This document shows positions 1 to 9,508 of a stretch of 32,000 nt of DNA, piece by piece. The position numbers were made by a program, and so were the translations under genes. The stretch's first letter is position 1, and every line of letters starts with the position of its first letter. Below the pieces are notes generated by a model. That model was not told the origin of the DNA and did not search any database. It saw only the letters and a program-made list of their open reading frames with translations. Source of the DNA: Thermoplasmatales archaeon (GTDB lineage Archaea > Thermoplasmatota > Penumbrarchaeia > Penumbrarchaeales > Penumbrarchaeaceae); the NCBI GenBank assembly GCA_030595715.1, contig JAUVCN010000009.1, positions 12,035 through 44,034 on the forward strand, written 5' to 3'.

Positions 1-27
1 GCCTGATGATGGCAATTGCCAAGTGGG

Positions 28-636
28 TCATCTGAGACCTGCAATAACCGGCCCTGATGGTATTACCCTGTCCAGTGGCCAGGTTCCGGTTTCTATCAGA
101 AGGTCCTCATAGTTGATGATGCCGATCCCGATATCAGCCATTCCGTTCCTGAAATACTCTCCCAGGTCGCCCCTTACAGGTGTCGAGGAGATCTCCAGAC
201 CTCCACGTCTGAGTCCCTCGAAATATCCCTCCGAGATCCTCTGGTATCTCTGATCATAGACCGCTTTTGGCCGGTCAGGGATATTGCTCCAGAAAGGTCC
301 TGCCCTTGAAAGAAAGGAAAGGGTAGGTCCGTTGAATATAGCATTTGGATCCTGATAAGGGATCTCCGCAAGGATCTCGAGTCCAATGCCAGACCCAAAT
401 TCCTCCATGTCAGCGGTCCAGATCATTGTCAGCGGACTCACTCCTTCCGATCTCAATCGCTCGAGAACGATCCCGAGATCTCCTCGATCCGTTAGGATCG
501 GAGGCTGCAACCCAAGTTCATCTGCGACCTGGGTCCCGATCTCCATCAGCCTGGTGTCATCGCTCAGAAGAACCAGTGTCTCTTTTCCTTTCAATTCCCT
601 CTTAATATTTTCCAACGTTAGCTTTAGCTCGGTCAT
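28..636 (-). CDS. hypothetical protein, family not recognised
   Basis: ORF 28..693 with stop TGA at 28-30. The ATG at 636 (MTELKLTLENI...) has GGGAGGA about 7 nt upstream on the minus strand, so I prefer it to the ORF-track start at 693. I can name no diagnostic motif. Confidence 0.5.
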   Translation of the reverse strand: MTELKLTLENIKRELKGKETLVLLSDDTRLMEIGTQVADELGLQPPILTDRGDLGIVLERLRSEGVSPLTMIWTADMEEFGSGIGLEILAEIPYQDPNAIFNGPTLSFLSRAGPFWSNIPDRPKAVYDQRYQRISEGYFEGLRRGGLEISSTPVRGDLGEYFRNGMADIGIGIINYEDLLIETGTWPLDRVIPSGPVIAGLR

Positions 637-821
637 CTCACATCCTCCCGAAAAAAGGGTAATTGATGGAGTTGACCACAAACCAGCTAGCACTTACACC
701 TGAAGTGCATGCGCTTCATGCGCGAATGCATGTGTGTGCCAGGTTTGAGGTCGAACCTATCCATCGATAAACCCGATGCCCACAATCATGGTTGGATATT
801 TCAAATTTTCCTTGGGACGGT

Positions 822-1784
822 TCAGAGAAGTCTGGCAGACAGTTTCTCTATCATGTCCTTGGTCATTGATGAGATGTCATAAGAAGGCGCCCATCCCCAT
901 TCTTCCCTGGAAGATGAATCGTCGATGGACTGAGGCCATGAATCTGCGATCGCCTGTCTGAAGTCAGGTTTGTAGGTGACCTCAAGCTCGGGGATATGCT
1001 TCCTGATCTCATCTGCAAGATCTCCCGCGGAGAATGACATGGATGCAAGGTTGAAGTCGCAGTAATGCTTCAGTTTATCCTTCGGAGCTTCCGCGAGGTC
1101 GATCAGGCCCTTCAGAGCATCCGGCATATACATCATAGGAAGGACCGTGTCCTCCCTGACGAAGCATTCGTACTTCTTGTTCCGGATGGCCTCATAGTAG
1201 ATAGCGACAGCGTAATCGGTGGTGCCACCGCCTGGCGGCGTCTCCGAAGAGATGATGCCCGGATATCTGACACCTCTGACATCCACATCGAACTTCCTGA
1301 AATAGTAATCACCGAGGAGCTCACCTGCCACCTTTGTCACACCATACATCGTCCTCGGTTTCAGGACCGTTTCCTGGGGGGTGTTGTTCCTTGGCGTTTC
1401 CGGTCCGAAAGCTGCAATTGAAGAGGGGTTCATGATCCTAACCAGTTCCTTCTCCCTGGCGCATTCGAGGACGTTGTGGAACCCGTTCATGTTAACGTCC
1501 CAGGCAAGGAGGGGTTTCTGCTCGCCAACACCGGAAAGGATCGCTGCCATGTTGTAGATCGTGTCGATATCGTACTTGTCCACGGTTGAATAGAGCTGTT
1601 CCTTGTTGGTGATGTTGCAAACTTCCACGGGACCTGAATCCACGATCCTCTGTGACGGAGAGGTCCTGTTGGTGCCTGCTATAACGCTATCATTTCCATA
1701 TTTCTCTCTGAGGACCATAACGAGCTCAGAACCGATCTGACCTGCAGATCCTGTGACTAGTATCTTTTTCATGGGTCTTGACAT
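822..1784 (-). CDS. tdh: NAD-dependent epimerase/dehydratase-fold SDR, most like short-chain L-threonine 3-dehydrogenase
   Basis: Rossmann motif KILVTGSAGQIGSEL, catalytic YGVTKVAGE (YxxxK), and the block RGVRYPGIISSETPPGGGTTDYAVAIYYEA that I recall from UDP-glucose-4-epimerase-like threonine dehydrogenases. The ATG at 1784 has AGGTG 7 nt upstream. An alternative ATG is at 1772. Confidence 0.75.
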   Translation of the reverse strand: MSRPMKKILVTGSAGQIGSELVMVLREKYGNDSVIAGTNRTSPSQRIVDSGPVEVCNITNKEQLYSTVDKYDIDTIYNMAAILSGVGEQKPLLAWDVNMNGFHNVLECAREKELVRIMNPSSIAAFGPETPRNNTPQETVLKPRTMYGVTKVAGELLGDYYFRKFDVDVRGVRYPGIISSETPPGGGTTDYAVAIYYEAIRNKKYECFVREDTVLPMMYMPDALKGLIDLAEAPKDKLKHYCDFNLASMSFSAGDLADEIRKHIPELEVTYKPDFRQAIADSWPQSIDDSSSREEWGWAPSYDISSMTKDMIEKLSARLL

Positions 1785-1898
1785 GGGATCACACCTTTGA
1801 GGGTGTATCGGATAAATGGATTTCAAGATTTCGTATGGAGGGGGTTAAAAAATGAGAAAATGTTATATTGACAATGACGATGGGGATGAGTAATCAAT

Positions 1899-1975
<77 letters not shown>

Positions 1976-1979
1976 TTGA

Positions 1980-1984
1980 TTTTT
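1980..1984 (+). terminator. oligo-T stretch directly after tRNA-Val
   Basis: TTTTT begins 5 nt after the CCA end. Archaeal RNA polymerase terminates at oligo-T. Confidence 0.4.
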
Positions 1985-2004
1985 AATTTGAATGTAATTT
2001 TAAA

Positions 2005-2028
2005 TGGTGGGCACGCCCGGATTTGAAC
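2005..2028 (-). repeat. inverted near-copy of a tRNA 3' end (T-loop, 3' acceptor strand and CCA)
   Basis: The reverse complement reads GTTCAAATCCGGGCGTGCCCACCA. The tRNA-Val 3' end at 1952-1975 reads GTTCAAATCCGGGTCGGCCCACCA. The 5' T-stem strand and the rest of a tRNA are absent, so this is a fragment. Confidence 0.75.
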
Positions 2029-2200
2029 ATAGCACAATCGCAGTGTGAATAGATCGTTATTACGATTGTGTGAAGGTCAGAAGTCTTAGTATTGTTTGAT
2101 ATCAATATCAGACTTCTGAATGGAATTAATATAATTCCGGGCGGGCCCATTTTCGTTTTTAATTAGAATAGATTTGTAGAAAATGGGAACGCCCGGACAA

Positions 2201-2450
2201 GGGAAATCGCAAATTCTTTGCCAATGATCCGATTTTCCTATGTCTGGCTCCATTTTGTGAAAGCTTCTACTGGAGTCAGATTTTCTGTAATTTTTTATTT
2301 TAACACGAAAAATCCGCCCGGGCCGGGGAAATCACCAATTCATTGTTTATTGTCAGATTTGCCCAGGTCTGACTCCAACTTCTACAATCATTTCGTGGAG
2401 TCAGATTTTTCCATAATTTTCATTTCAACATGAAAAATCCGGGCGGGCCC
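2201..2450. repeat. two tandem 125-bp units, each with a 10-bp hairpin, an A/T-rich tract and a GC-rich CCGSSCGGGCC end
   Basis: Units 2201-2325 and 2326-2450 both start GGGAAATC. By hand alignment the first 52 nt match at 38/52 positions. Hairpins are TCTGGCTCCA/TGGAGTCAGA (2243-2252 with 2271-2280) and TCTGACTCCA/TGGAGTCAGA (2368-2377 with 2396-2405). There is no convincing ORF. Confidence 0.7.
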
Positions 2451-2469
2451 ACTCACTTTCTCTCAATGG

Positions 2470-3123
2470 TCAATATCCTTCCAGCAGATCATTGATCAAC
2501 CTCATCTCGGCTTTTCTCAGATGCTCCACCGTTGTAGCTTTGCTGATTCCCAATTTCTCGGACAGGTCCTGGGTGTTGATATCTCTCGGATAATTGTAAT
2601 ATCCATGTCTTTTCGCCTCTATCATGATATCTTTTTGCTTGTTCGTGAGCACATTGAGGATATTGTGCTCGCTGAATGTGGCTTTTGTCAAGCTAACATT
2701 CTTAACCTCTCCAAGGACCTTTGTCAATTTCACGAGTTTTCTGATGGGGTCGCTCTCGCCCACACAGCTGAATATGAAATGGTCCTTGTCTGCATAATAT
2801 GGTAGATCGTATATCAGGTCCAGATCGAACAATTTCATGATCTTCCCCATCATCTTTCCCGGGGCTCTGGCCCTTATAATAACTGTGTATCTGTTCCCTT
2901 CCTCTTTCAGGATGTTCATGATCTCCACCGTGGAAGGAAGTTTGATATCATCCAGTGAAAAACCTATTTTCATGACGATATCCACGATCACGATCTTGAT
3001 CCCTCTATCAAGATCCAGCTGGAGGATCTCCCGACCTTCCAGATGGTCCACGGTTTCGAAGAGCTTGTCCATGAATTGGAAGACGAACTTGTTGGGAACT
3101 ACCTCGATCACAGCTTTCCTCAT
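2470..3123 (-). CDS. HTH_10 (Bat-type) DNA-binding transcriptional regulator
   Basis: The C-terminus LTNKQKDIMIEAKRHGYYNYPRDINTQDLSEKLGISKATTVEHLRKAEMRLI is the typical archaeal HTH_10 helix-turn-helix. It is divergent from the ABC exporter genes. Confidence 0.75.
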   Translation of the reverse strand: MRKAVIEVVPNKFVFQFMDKLFETVDHLEGREILQLDLDRGIKIVIVDIVMKIGFSLDDIKLPSTVEIMNILKEEGNRYTVIIRARAPGKMMGKIMKLFDLDLIYDLPYYADKDHFIFSCVGESDPIRKLVKLTKVLGEVKNVSLTKATFSEHNILNVLTNKQKDIMIEAKRHGYYNYPRDINTQDLSEKLGISKATTVEHLRKAEMRLINDLLEGY

Positions 3124-3224
3124 AATGGATAAATAATATTGGATTATTTAAAGGACCCCACATGTACGGCAGGAAAGATATCTATTTCATATGACATATG
3201 CAGATCCACCAGGAAGTGAAAGAA

Positions 3225-3902
3225 ATGACCCTTGCTCGGATCAACAAGCTAAACAAGAGTTACGACACAGGTGGAGAGATCACTCACGTCCTCCGCGAGA
3301 TGGACCTTTCTCTGAATAGGGGTGAGATGGTAATGATCATGGGGCCTTCAGGTTCCGGGAAGACAACTCTCCTGAACCTTCTTGGTGGGATCGACGGTCC
3401 TGATTCCGGGGTCCTTCAGGTGGATGGTCTGAATTTGACAGAACTTACAAAAAAGGACCTGAACAAATTCAGAAGAGAAAGGGTTGGTTTTATCTTCCAG
3501 TTCTATAACCTGATCCCGACCTTAACTGCCATTGAGAATGTGGAGCTTGGACTGGAGAACCTTGTCGGAAATTCGAAAGAGATGAAGATCAGGGCAAAAA
3601 AATACCTGGATATGGTTGGACTATCGGATAAAGCCAGGAACTATCCTCAGGAATTGTCCGGTGGACAGCAGCAGAGGGTTGCGATCGCGAGAGCTCTATC
3701 AAAAGAACCCGCATTGATCCTTGCCGATGAGCCAACTGGCAATCTCGATGAAGAGAGAGAAGAATCTATCATGGGTATCATGAAGGACCTTCAACACGAG
3801 CTGGGCATCACGTTCCTCATTGTCTCCCACAACACCAGGTTGAAGAAGTATATGGACCGAACGCTTGTCCTACGTCATGGAACACTCCATGAGGGGTCAT
3901 AG
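3225..3902 (+). CDS. ABC transporter ATP-binding protein, MacB/LolD-like
   Basis: Walker [10 protein letters not shown], signature LSGGQQQRV, Walker B LILADEPT. The ATG at 3225 follows GGAAGTGA. The ORF-track start at 3198 is also possible. Confidence 0.85.
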   Translation: MTLARINKLNKSYDTGGEITHVLREMDLSLNRGEMVMIMGPSGSGKTTLLNLLGGIDGPDSGVLQVDGLNLTELTKKDLNKFRRERVGFIFQFYNLIPTLTAIENVELGLENLVGNSKEMKIRAKKYLDMVGLSDKARNYPQELSGGQQQRVAIARALSKEPALILADEPTGNLDEEREESIMGIMKDLQHELGITFLIVSHNTRLKKYMDRTLVLRHGTLHEGS

Positions 3903-3913
3903 GTGGTGATACC

Positions 3914-6220
3914 TTGAAACCCATTACAAAGAGTGTTGTGAGAAAGCTCTTCAAGATGAAGTGGAGGGTATTTGCCATTTCCATGGTCGTCTCTCTTGCC
4001 ATGGCAATGTTCATCATGGGTCTCTATTCGGCAGTGATCTTCGATCATTCCATGGACTCGTTCATAGAGGAGACCAATTTTCCCGATGTGTTCGTAGCAC
4101 TTTCGGAGCCTGTGAACTACACAGATGTGGACAATGTGATGTCGAACATCGAAGGTATCGATGTATATTCACTGAGGCTGAAGCTTGATGGTCATTATCA
4201 TTACGAGGACGACACATATCCGGCGATCATCATCGGGATAGAGGACCCGAAAAGGGAAGATATATCCAAGCTTCTTCGAAAAGACGGAGATACCTTTTCC
4301 GGTAGAGGAGAAGGGGTTGTTGTTTCAGGTATGGATGATATTGGCGCTAAAAAAGGCGAGGTTCTCTCTTTTTCAATTGAAGGGAAACCTTTCGAAATTA
4401 ATGCCACCGGAAGCGTCCAGACCGCCGAGTACATGTTCCCATCATCGGTTCCGGATTCATCACTCCCTCTACCAGGACAGATCGTCATACTGTTCATGGA
4501 CCTTGGTGAATTACAGAATATCACAGGATTTGGGGTAAATGATATCTTGATCAATGTAGAAAATGGGCAGAGCGATCAGGTTGTGGCCTCCCTTTGGGAC
4601 CTTCCGGTATCCGAGATAATCTTTCAAGAGGATCACCCCAGTGTTGTGTTCATGGATATGGGTGCAGGAAAGATGAGGAGCATGTTCCCGCTATTTTCCG
4701 TCATATTCATGGTTATTGGCATGATATCCATCTTCATGACATTTTACAGGATAGTCATGAACGATTCCAGGTACATCGGCGTCCTGATGTCTCTTGGATA
4801 TTCCAGGTTGAAGATAGCCTGGGCTTACATGACATTCGGAACCATACTTGCCGCTATAGGTTCTGTAATTGGGGTAATATTCAGCATCCTCTTCACAATG
4901 GGCATCATGTCGTATACAATGTCCATGATCGGAGATATTCGTGTGGTCTATCCCATGGCTCCGATGCCGTTCATTCTGGGAATTATATTTTCCTTTGGGA
5001 GCGTCCTGATATCTGTTGGAATACCTATCATGGTGATCACAAGACAGTCGGTCAGACAGGCACTTGACCATAAACCAAAGACAAGGATCCTGACTGTTGG
5101 GACTGCCTTTTCGGGAATGTCAAAAACAAGATTGATGGGGATCAGGAACACCTTCCGGAATCCTGCCAGGACAGCATTGACCGTTTTTGTCGTTGGTATG
5201 TCGATCGGAATATCGGGGTCCTGGATCGTGATGTCCGAATCGGCATGGGGTTACATGCAAGACCAGGTGGACCAGGACACATGGGACCTGAGGGTCGACT
5301 TTTCAAGTCCCATTTCCAATGATAATGTAACATCCATGCTCGATATCAATGGAATCGAATACATTGTCCCGTTTGCCTATCTGGCAGGACAGATATCGGG
5401 TGGAGGAAATAGCGAATCCACATTTATTGTGTCTGCTGATGAGATACTCAAGACAAGGAATTTCGAACTGGAATCCGGCAAACTTGATCCTTCAACATCC
5501 ATCATAACGAACAAACTTGCAAGTGAGCTTGGGGTGTCCGAAGGAGACAGTATCACCATCACAGTTGGTGCCAGAACGCTTGAAACGACCATAGGTGGTA
5601 TCGTTTTCGACATACTGATGCAGGCGGTCTATGTTGACCGGAGAACTGCTTCTCCTCTTGTGGATGAGGATATGGCATCCGGTGCCTTCGTCCGGCTACA
5701 GGATAAAGAAGATGCGGAGAAGGTAGCGGCAGAGTATGAAGGATTGGAGGGGGTGTCCAAGGTAACGATACAGGATGATATCATTGCCGCAATGGATGAG
5801 ACCTTCGGTTCGGCCATGGGAATGCTCTATTTCTTCTTCATCATCTGTTTGATAATAGCAATGGTGGTTGCTGCATCAGCGATCATCATCTCCACGATGG
5901 AAAGAGATATCGAGTTCGCGACCCTGGAGACGTTAGGTATTCCGAGGAGCAAGGTCATAGGATCCATGCTCATCGAGATCAGCATCATAGGTGTGTTTTC
6001 AGCACTCCTGGGACTTCCGTTCGCCTACCTGTTCGGAAGGCTGTTTGCTATCGTGATGGAGGAGATCCTCTACTACTTCCCGATAGTCTTTGCATTCAGC
6101 GCAATGGTGATAACCTTCGTGTTCGGGTTCCTTTTCATATTCGCTTCTTCGGTCTTCCCGATAAGATACACGAAGAAGATGGATGTGGAGAAAACGATAA
6201 GGGAAAGGACCGCCGGATGA
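3914..6220 (+). CDS. FtsX-family ABC transporter permease with duplicated FtsX modules
   Basis: 768 aa with two membrane modules. Each carries an FtsX-like block: RYIGVLMSLGYSRLKI and RDIEFATLETLGIPRSKV. The TTG start at 3914 follows AGGTGGTGA (3901-3909). Confidence 0.8.
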   Translation: MKPITKSVVRKLFKMKWRVFAISMVVSLAMAMFIMGLYSAVIFDHSMDSFIEETNFPDVFVALSEPVNYTDVDNVMSNIEGIDVYSLRLKLDGHYHYEDDTYPAIIIGIEDPKREDISKLLRKDGDTFSGRGEGVVVSGMDDIGAKKGEVLSFSIEGKPFEINATGSVQTAEYMFPSSVPDSSLPLPGQIVILFMDLGELQNITGFGVNDILINVENGQSDQVVASLWDLPVSEIIFQEDHPSVVFMDMGAGKMRSMFPLFSVIFMVIGMISIFMTFYRIVMNDSRYIGVLMSLGYSRLKIAWAYMTFGTILAAIGSVIGVIFSILFTMGIMSYTMSMIGDIRVVYPMAPMPFILGIIFSFGSVLISVGIPIMVITRQSVRQALDHKPKTRILTVGTAFSGMSKTRLMGIRNTFRNPARTALTVFVVGMSIGISGSWIVMSESAWGYMQDQVDQDTWDLRVDFSSPISNDNVTSMLDINGIEYIVPFAYLAGQISGGGNSESTFIVSADEILKTRNFELESGKLDPSTSIITNKLASELGVSEGDSITITVGARTLETTIGGIVFDILMQAVYVDRRTASPLVDEDMASGAFVRLQDKEDAEKVAAEYEGLEGVSKVTIQDDIIAAMDETFGSAMGMLYFFFIICLIIAMVVAASAIIISTMERDIEFATLETLGIPRSKVIGSMLIEISIIGVFSALLGLPFAYLFGRLFAIVMEEILYYFPIVFAFSAMVITFVFGFLFIFASSVFPIRYTKKMDVEKTIRERTAG

Positions 6221-6350
6221 TTCTTCCGAAAGAACGTCAGAAGGATCCGATCTCATTGAAGGTTCCAAAGGGCGCTATGCCTGAATATCCGATGAAGTGT
6301 TCGAATTCCATACTAATCTCGTTATATATCTTGTATCAGTTTCCGTTGTA

Positions 6351-9300
6351 ATGAGATATGGAAGAGGCTCCATTTTCATTTCGATCATGGTCTTGGGATT
6401 GATGATACAGATAATTCCGGATTCCAACGGAATGGAATGGGATGAGACCTACCAGAGATCCGATGCCAAACCATGGAAGATATGGTACCGTGATCCTGAG
6501 AATATACAATCCATGGAAATGGACCAAGAGAACAGAACTCTTTACATCGGTTGTGAGTATGGTTTGGTAATCAAGGACCTGGACACTGAAGAATTCAACA
6601 TTATTGACAGGTTCGATGGTGTGAATTCACTGGCAGATCAGCAGGTGATAGATATCGAACTGGACCTTGCCAACGAGCGAGTGTTCTTTGCCTTGGAGAA
6701 AGGCCCGGAGGTCTATGAACTGGATATAATATCGGAAACTATCTCAAAGATCCACAAGTTCGATGACGGTTCGAACCTTTTTAAATGGGGCGATTCCAGG
6801 GCTCTTGAATACGATCCGATAAGTGATGTTCTCTTTTTCGCCAGAGATTCCGGGCTTCTTGTCTTCAACATGCGAGAGAATCATTTCAGGTTCCTAGATT
6901 TCCTTCACTTCGGTGTTGAACTGTATAGCTATACCGTATCCGATAATGAGGTCGAGGTGGTGATGGCCGGTTACAATGGTTTGTGGAAGAATGGACCTGG
7001 TGATATGGATGATAATTCTTTCCAAATAAAGGATCTGGAACTTTGCCTTTCAAGGGATAGATTGTTCATTGCTACCAACAACGGGCTCTTTTCTTATGAT
7101 ATGACAAAAGGGATCATCGAACAGGATATTTCCACCCAGAAACTGGGAAGATTCCTGAAAGATATTCTTTTCATTCCTGATCTGGATCTTCTGTTCCTCG
7201 CGGGAGAAAAGGTCTGGTCATTCAATCCTAACACAAACAGTACGGGGGTAATCTATGAGGATTATCTGGATCGGGATCAGAAACATAAGGTTTTCCTCAA
7301 GCTTTTATGGAATGTTAGAGACCAATCCCTGATCATCAGCTCTGGTCTCGGTCCAGCTTTGATCTTCCTCGATTGGGATACCGGTGCTGTCACCTTTTCA
7401 AATACCGATATCATGATAGTTGAGAATGTCGAATTCCACCATTTGGGTTGGGACCTCTCAGCGGGGAATTATACTGAGATGGTGCTTGATGGATCTACCT
7501 TTGACCTGCTTTTATCAAGGGGTGACATCATTGCAGGCGGATACTGGTGGAATGTAACATATGATGTGGATGTCAGCGTCCCGGTAGAGAGATACTGGAA
7601 CAGGTCGAATTTCCTTGAGATCAATGGTTATGACCTGATCATCGATATCGATGTTAAGGGGAAGGGATCAAAGGAAACCCATGGACGTAGGGACTTTTGT
7701 GGCTCACTTTTTCAATTTGATCTGGATGGATGCAGTATCCGTTCAAGAACGATACTTGACTATTTTACCCACGATGACGAGATTTACAGGATCCACATGT
7801 CCGAGCCGAGAAATCACATTGCCTCCAAGGGTAATCGATTGTTCGCCAAATTAGATTCCAAAGGCCTCTGGGACCTCAACATCGAAGAGGGTACATTGAG
7901 CCAGGAGTATTTTCCCTATTTCAATGAGACATATGAGAAATATCGTTACAGGAATATCCGGAATATCTTTACAGTCGGTGATGATATTCATGTATCTCTT
8001 GCTGGAAACGGTACGATCCTATATGACATAGAAAATGGCACCCGTAAATTCGATGTTGACCTGCAAATAGGATACAGTAGCTTCCAGATCGGTCCAGTTT
8101 CCGGTCATATTTTCACAGGTGGAAACCGCACCGGTAATATCATCGAATACGACCCCATGACCGGAGAGTCAATTGACCATTACTTCAATATCAGCGATCC
8201 GAACACCGGACAACCCGGATACATTGAACATCTGGTATTCAATACAGATGAGACGATTGCAGTTATTGGTGGAATTCGAAATATTACTACAATGAATATG
8301 AAATACGGGGTCCTCGGAAACAAGAACTACCTTGAAGACATCGAAACATGGGACCCAAGATATCAATTCGACGAGTTTATTACGGAAATAATCTATCACG
8401 AAGGAACGGATACTTTCTACGGTTTTACGAACCATGGTGAGATCATAGATATACTGAGGTCAAAGAGACTTGGTTATCTCACAAACAGCACCGTAAGCGA
8501 TTATTGCCTTGGTCCGAATGGAAGCAAGATATTGGCGGTTACGGGAAAGACGATGATGGGTAGTATCGGATTCGATGCCGATGAACCGAATGGATTGATA
8601 TCCTACGATCCTTCAACAGGGGAGATCGAGGATTATAACTTTGATATTGGACTTCCCTGGGTTCACTGCCTGGGTTTAACCGTGAACGAAGAATCCGGAT
8701 GGATATGTATTATCGGCAAAACATACATCGCAGTGATAAGGGAGGAAGATCTGGTCCAGGTCGATAAAAAGAACGGGTCGGACGTGACGGAGGATGTTCC
8801 AGTAAATCATCCGGAGATCGAGGAGAATTCAGGGGCATTCACCGATGAACTGATCTTCGGAGCTGCCGGCCTGTGTATCATATCTTTATTGGGTGCGGCA
8901 ATCATTTTCTTCGAGCCTTTAAAGTTCAAAATTCTTTCAGCATTTGCATACCCTCTATTCACCAAGGTCAGAGGAAAAGATCTGCTGGGTAACAAGAAAA
9001 GAAGGAAGATAATTGGAGTGATAAGGGAGCACCCATACATCCATTTCAATGGTATCAGAAAGGAATTATCCCTTGGCCCCGGTGAGGCCGCATATCACCT
9101 CAGGGTCCTTGAAAGAGAAGAGATGATAGGATCTGAACCAAGAGGTGTAAGAAAGGTGTTCTATTTGATCGGAGGGAAGAAAAAAGGAAATGAATTCCTC
9201 CAAAGTAGGCTTCAGAGGATGATAGTGGATCTTATCTCTATGGAGCCAGGGATCTCTCAGAGGGAGCTGTCACGGAGATTGGATACTAACCCCTCCACCA

Positions 9301-9389
9301 TAAATTACAATGTCAGGTCCCTTGCAAGAAGAGATATCATTCGTATCGAAAGAAGCAGTTCCAGGTCCATGTGCTACAGAACGAACTAA
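6351..9389 (+). CDS. membrane-spanning protein: N-terminal TM, large extracytoplasmic propeller-like domain, second TM, two C-terminal winged-helix domains
   Basis: N-terminal hydrophobic segment SIFISIMVLGLMIQII. Recurrent motifs resemble two-component-regulator propeller repeats: GCEYGLVIKD, ARDSGLLVFN, ATNNGLFSYD, AGEKVWSFN. Second TM LIFGAAGLCIISLLGAAIIFF (about 8848-8912). Two wHTH-like segments follow: IREHPYIHFNGIRKELSLGPGEAAYHLRVLEREEMI and LISMEPGISQRELSRRLDTNPSTINYNVRSLARRDII. The start is uncertain (ATG 6351 or GTG 6297). Confidence 0.7.
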   Translation: MRYGRGSIFISIMVLGLMIQIIPDSNGMEWDETYQRSDAKPWKIWYRDPENIQSMEMDQENRTLYIGCEYGLVIKDLDTEEFNIIDRFDGVNSLADQQVIDIELDLANERVFFALEKGPEVYELDIISETISKIHKFDDGSNLFKWGDSRALEYDPISDVLFFARDSGLLVFNMRENHFRFLDFLHFGVELYSYTVSDNEVEVVMAGYNGLWKNGPGDMDDNSFQIKDLELCLSRDRLFIATNNGLFSYDMTKGIIEQDISTQKLGRFLKDILFIPDLDLLFLAGEKVWSFNPNTNSTGVIYEDYLDRDQKHKVFLKLLWNVRDQSLIISSGLGPALIFLDWDTGAVTFSNTDIMIVENVEFHHLGWDLSAGNYTEMVLDGSTFDLLLSRGDIIAGGYWWNVTYDVDVSVPVERYWNRSNFLEINGYDLIIDIDVKGKGSKETHGRRDFCGSLFQFDLDGCSIRSRTILDYFTHDDEIYRIHMSEPRNHIASKGNRLFAKLDSKGLWDLNIEEGTLSQEYFPYFNETYEKYRYRNIRNIFTVGDDIHVSLAGNGTILYDIENGTRKFDVDLQIGYSSFQIGPVSGHIFTGGNRTGNIIEYDPMTGESIDHYFNISDPNTGQPGYIEHLVFNTDETIAVIGGIRNITTMNMKYGVLGNKNYLEDIETWDPRYQFDEFITEIIYHEGTDTFYGFTNHGEIIDILRSKRLGYLTNSTVSDYCLGPNGSKILAVTGKTMMGSIGFDADEPNGLISYDPSTGEIEDYNFDIGLPWVHCLGLTVNEESGWICIIGKTYIAVIREEDLVQVDKKNGSDVTEDVPVNHPEIEENSGAFTDELIFGAAGLCIISLLGAAIIFFEPLKFKILSAFAYPLFTKVRGKDLLGNKKRRKIIGVIREHPYIHFNGIRKELSLGPGEAAYHLRVLEREEMIGSEPRGVRKVFYLIGGKKKGNEFLQSRLQRMIVDLISMEPGISQRELSRRLDTNPSTINYNVRSLARRDIIRIERSSSRSMCYRTN

Positions 9390-9401
9390 TAAGGACCCCA
9401 G

Positions 9402-9407
9402 TTTTTT
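9402..9407 (+). terminator. oligo-T stretch after the sensor/wHTH gene
   Basis: TTTTTT lies 13 nt downstream of the TAA stop at 9387-9389. Confidence 0.4.
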
Positions 9408-9508
9408 CTTCTGAATAGAATGGATGATACCTCTCGGAAACCGATATATATGACTCTCATATTCCATGCGTGCTACTTTTTTAGAATTAGTAGCACGATG
9501 GTATTGAA

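Noticed and set aside
705-740. GC-rich CATGCGC / TGCATG repeats between the first two genes
   Set aside because: The repeats are short (6-7 nt), overlapping and imperfect. They lie in a 185-bp spacer that also has to hold a terminator and a promoter. There is no clear structure beyond a 5-bp hairpin at 741-758.
2005-2150. Complete minus-strand tRNA (possibly intron-containing) bounded by GGGCCCG and CGTGCCCACCA
   Set aside because: The ends could form an acceptor stem with one mismatch. However, there is no D arm, no 5' T-stem strand (CTATG does not pair with CCGGG), and no anticodon arm. The interior is three unrelated hairpins. I treat it as a tRNA-end fragment plus repeats.
2201-2450. Possible CRISPR array
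   Set aside because: There are only two units, with a 125-bp period. Identity is about 75% across the whole unit rather than conserved repeats separated by unique spacers. No cas genes are in the window.
3130-3150. Palindrome TAAATAAT-N5-ATTATTTA in the divergent promoter between the HTH_10 regulator and the ABC genes
   Set aside because: It is pure A/T sequence in an AT-rich promoter, so it could equally be TATA/BRE elements. That is not enough to call an operator.
3151-3160. 10-mer AAGGACCCCA shared between 3151-3160 and 9391-9400
   Set aside because: A single exact 10-mer match within 32 kb is expected many times over by chance.
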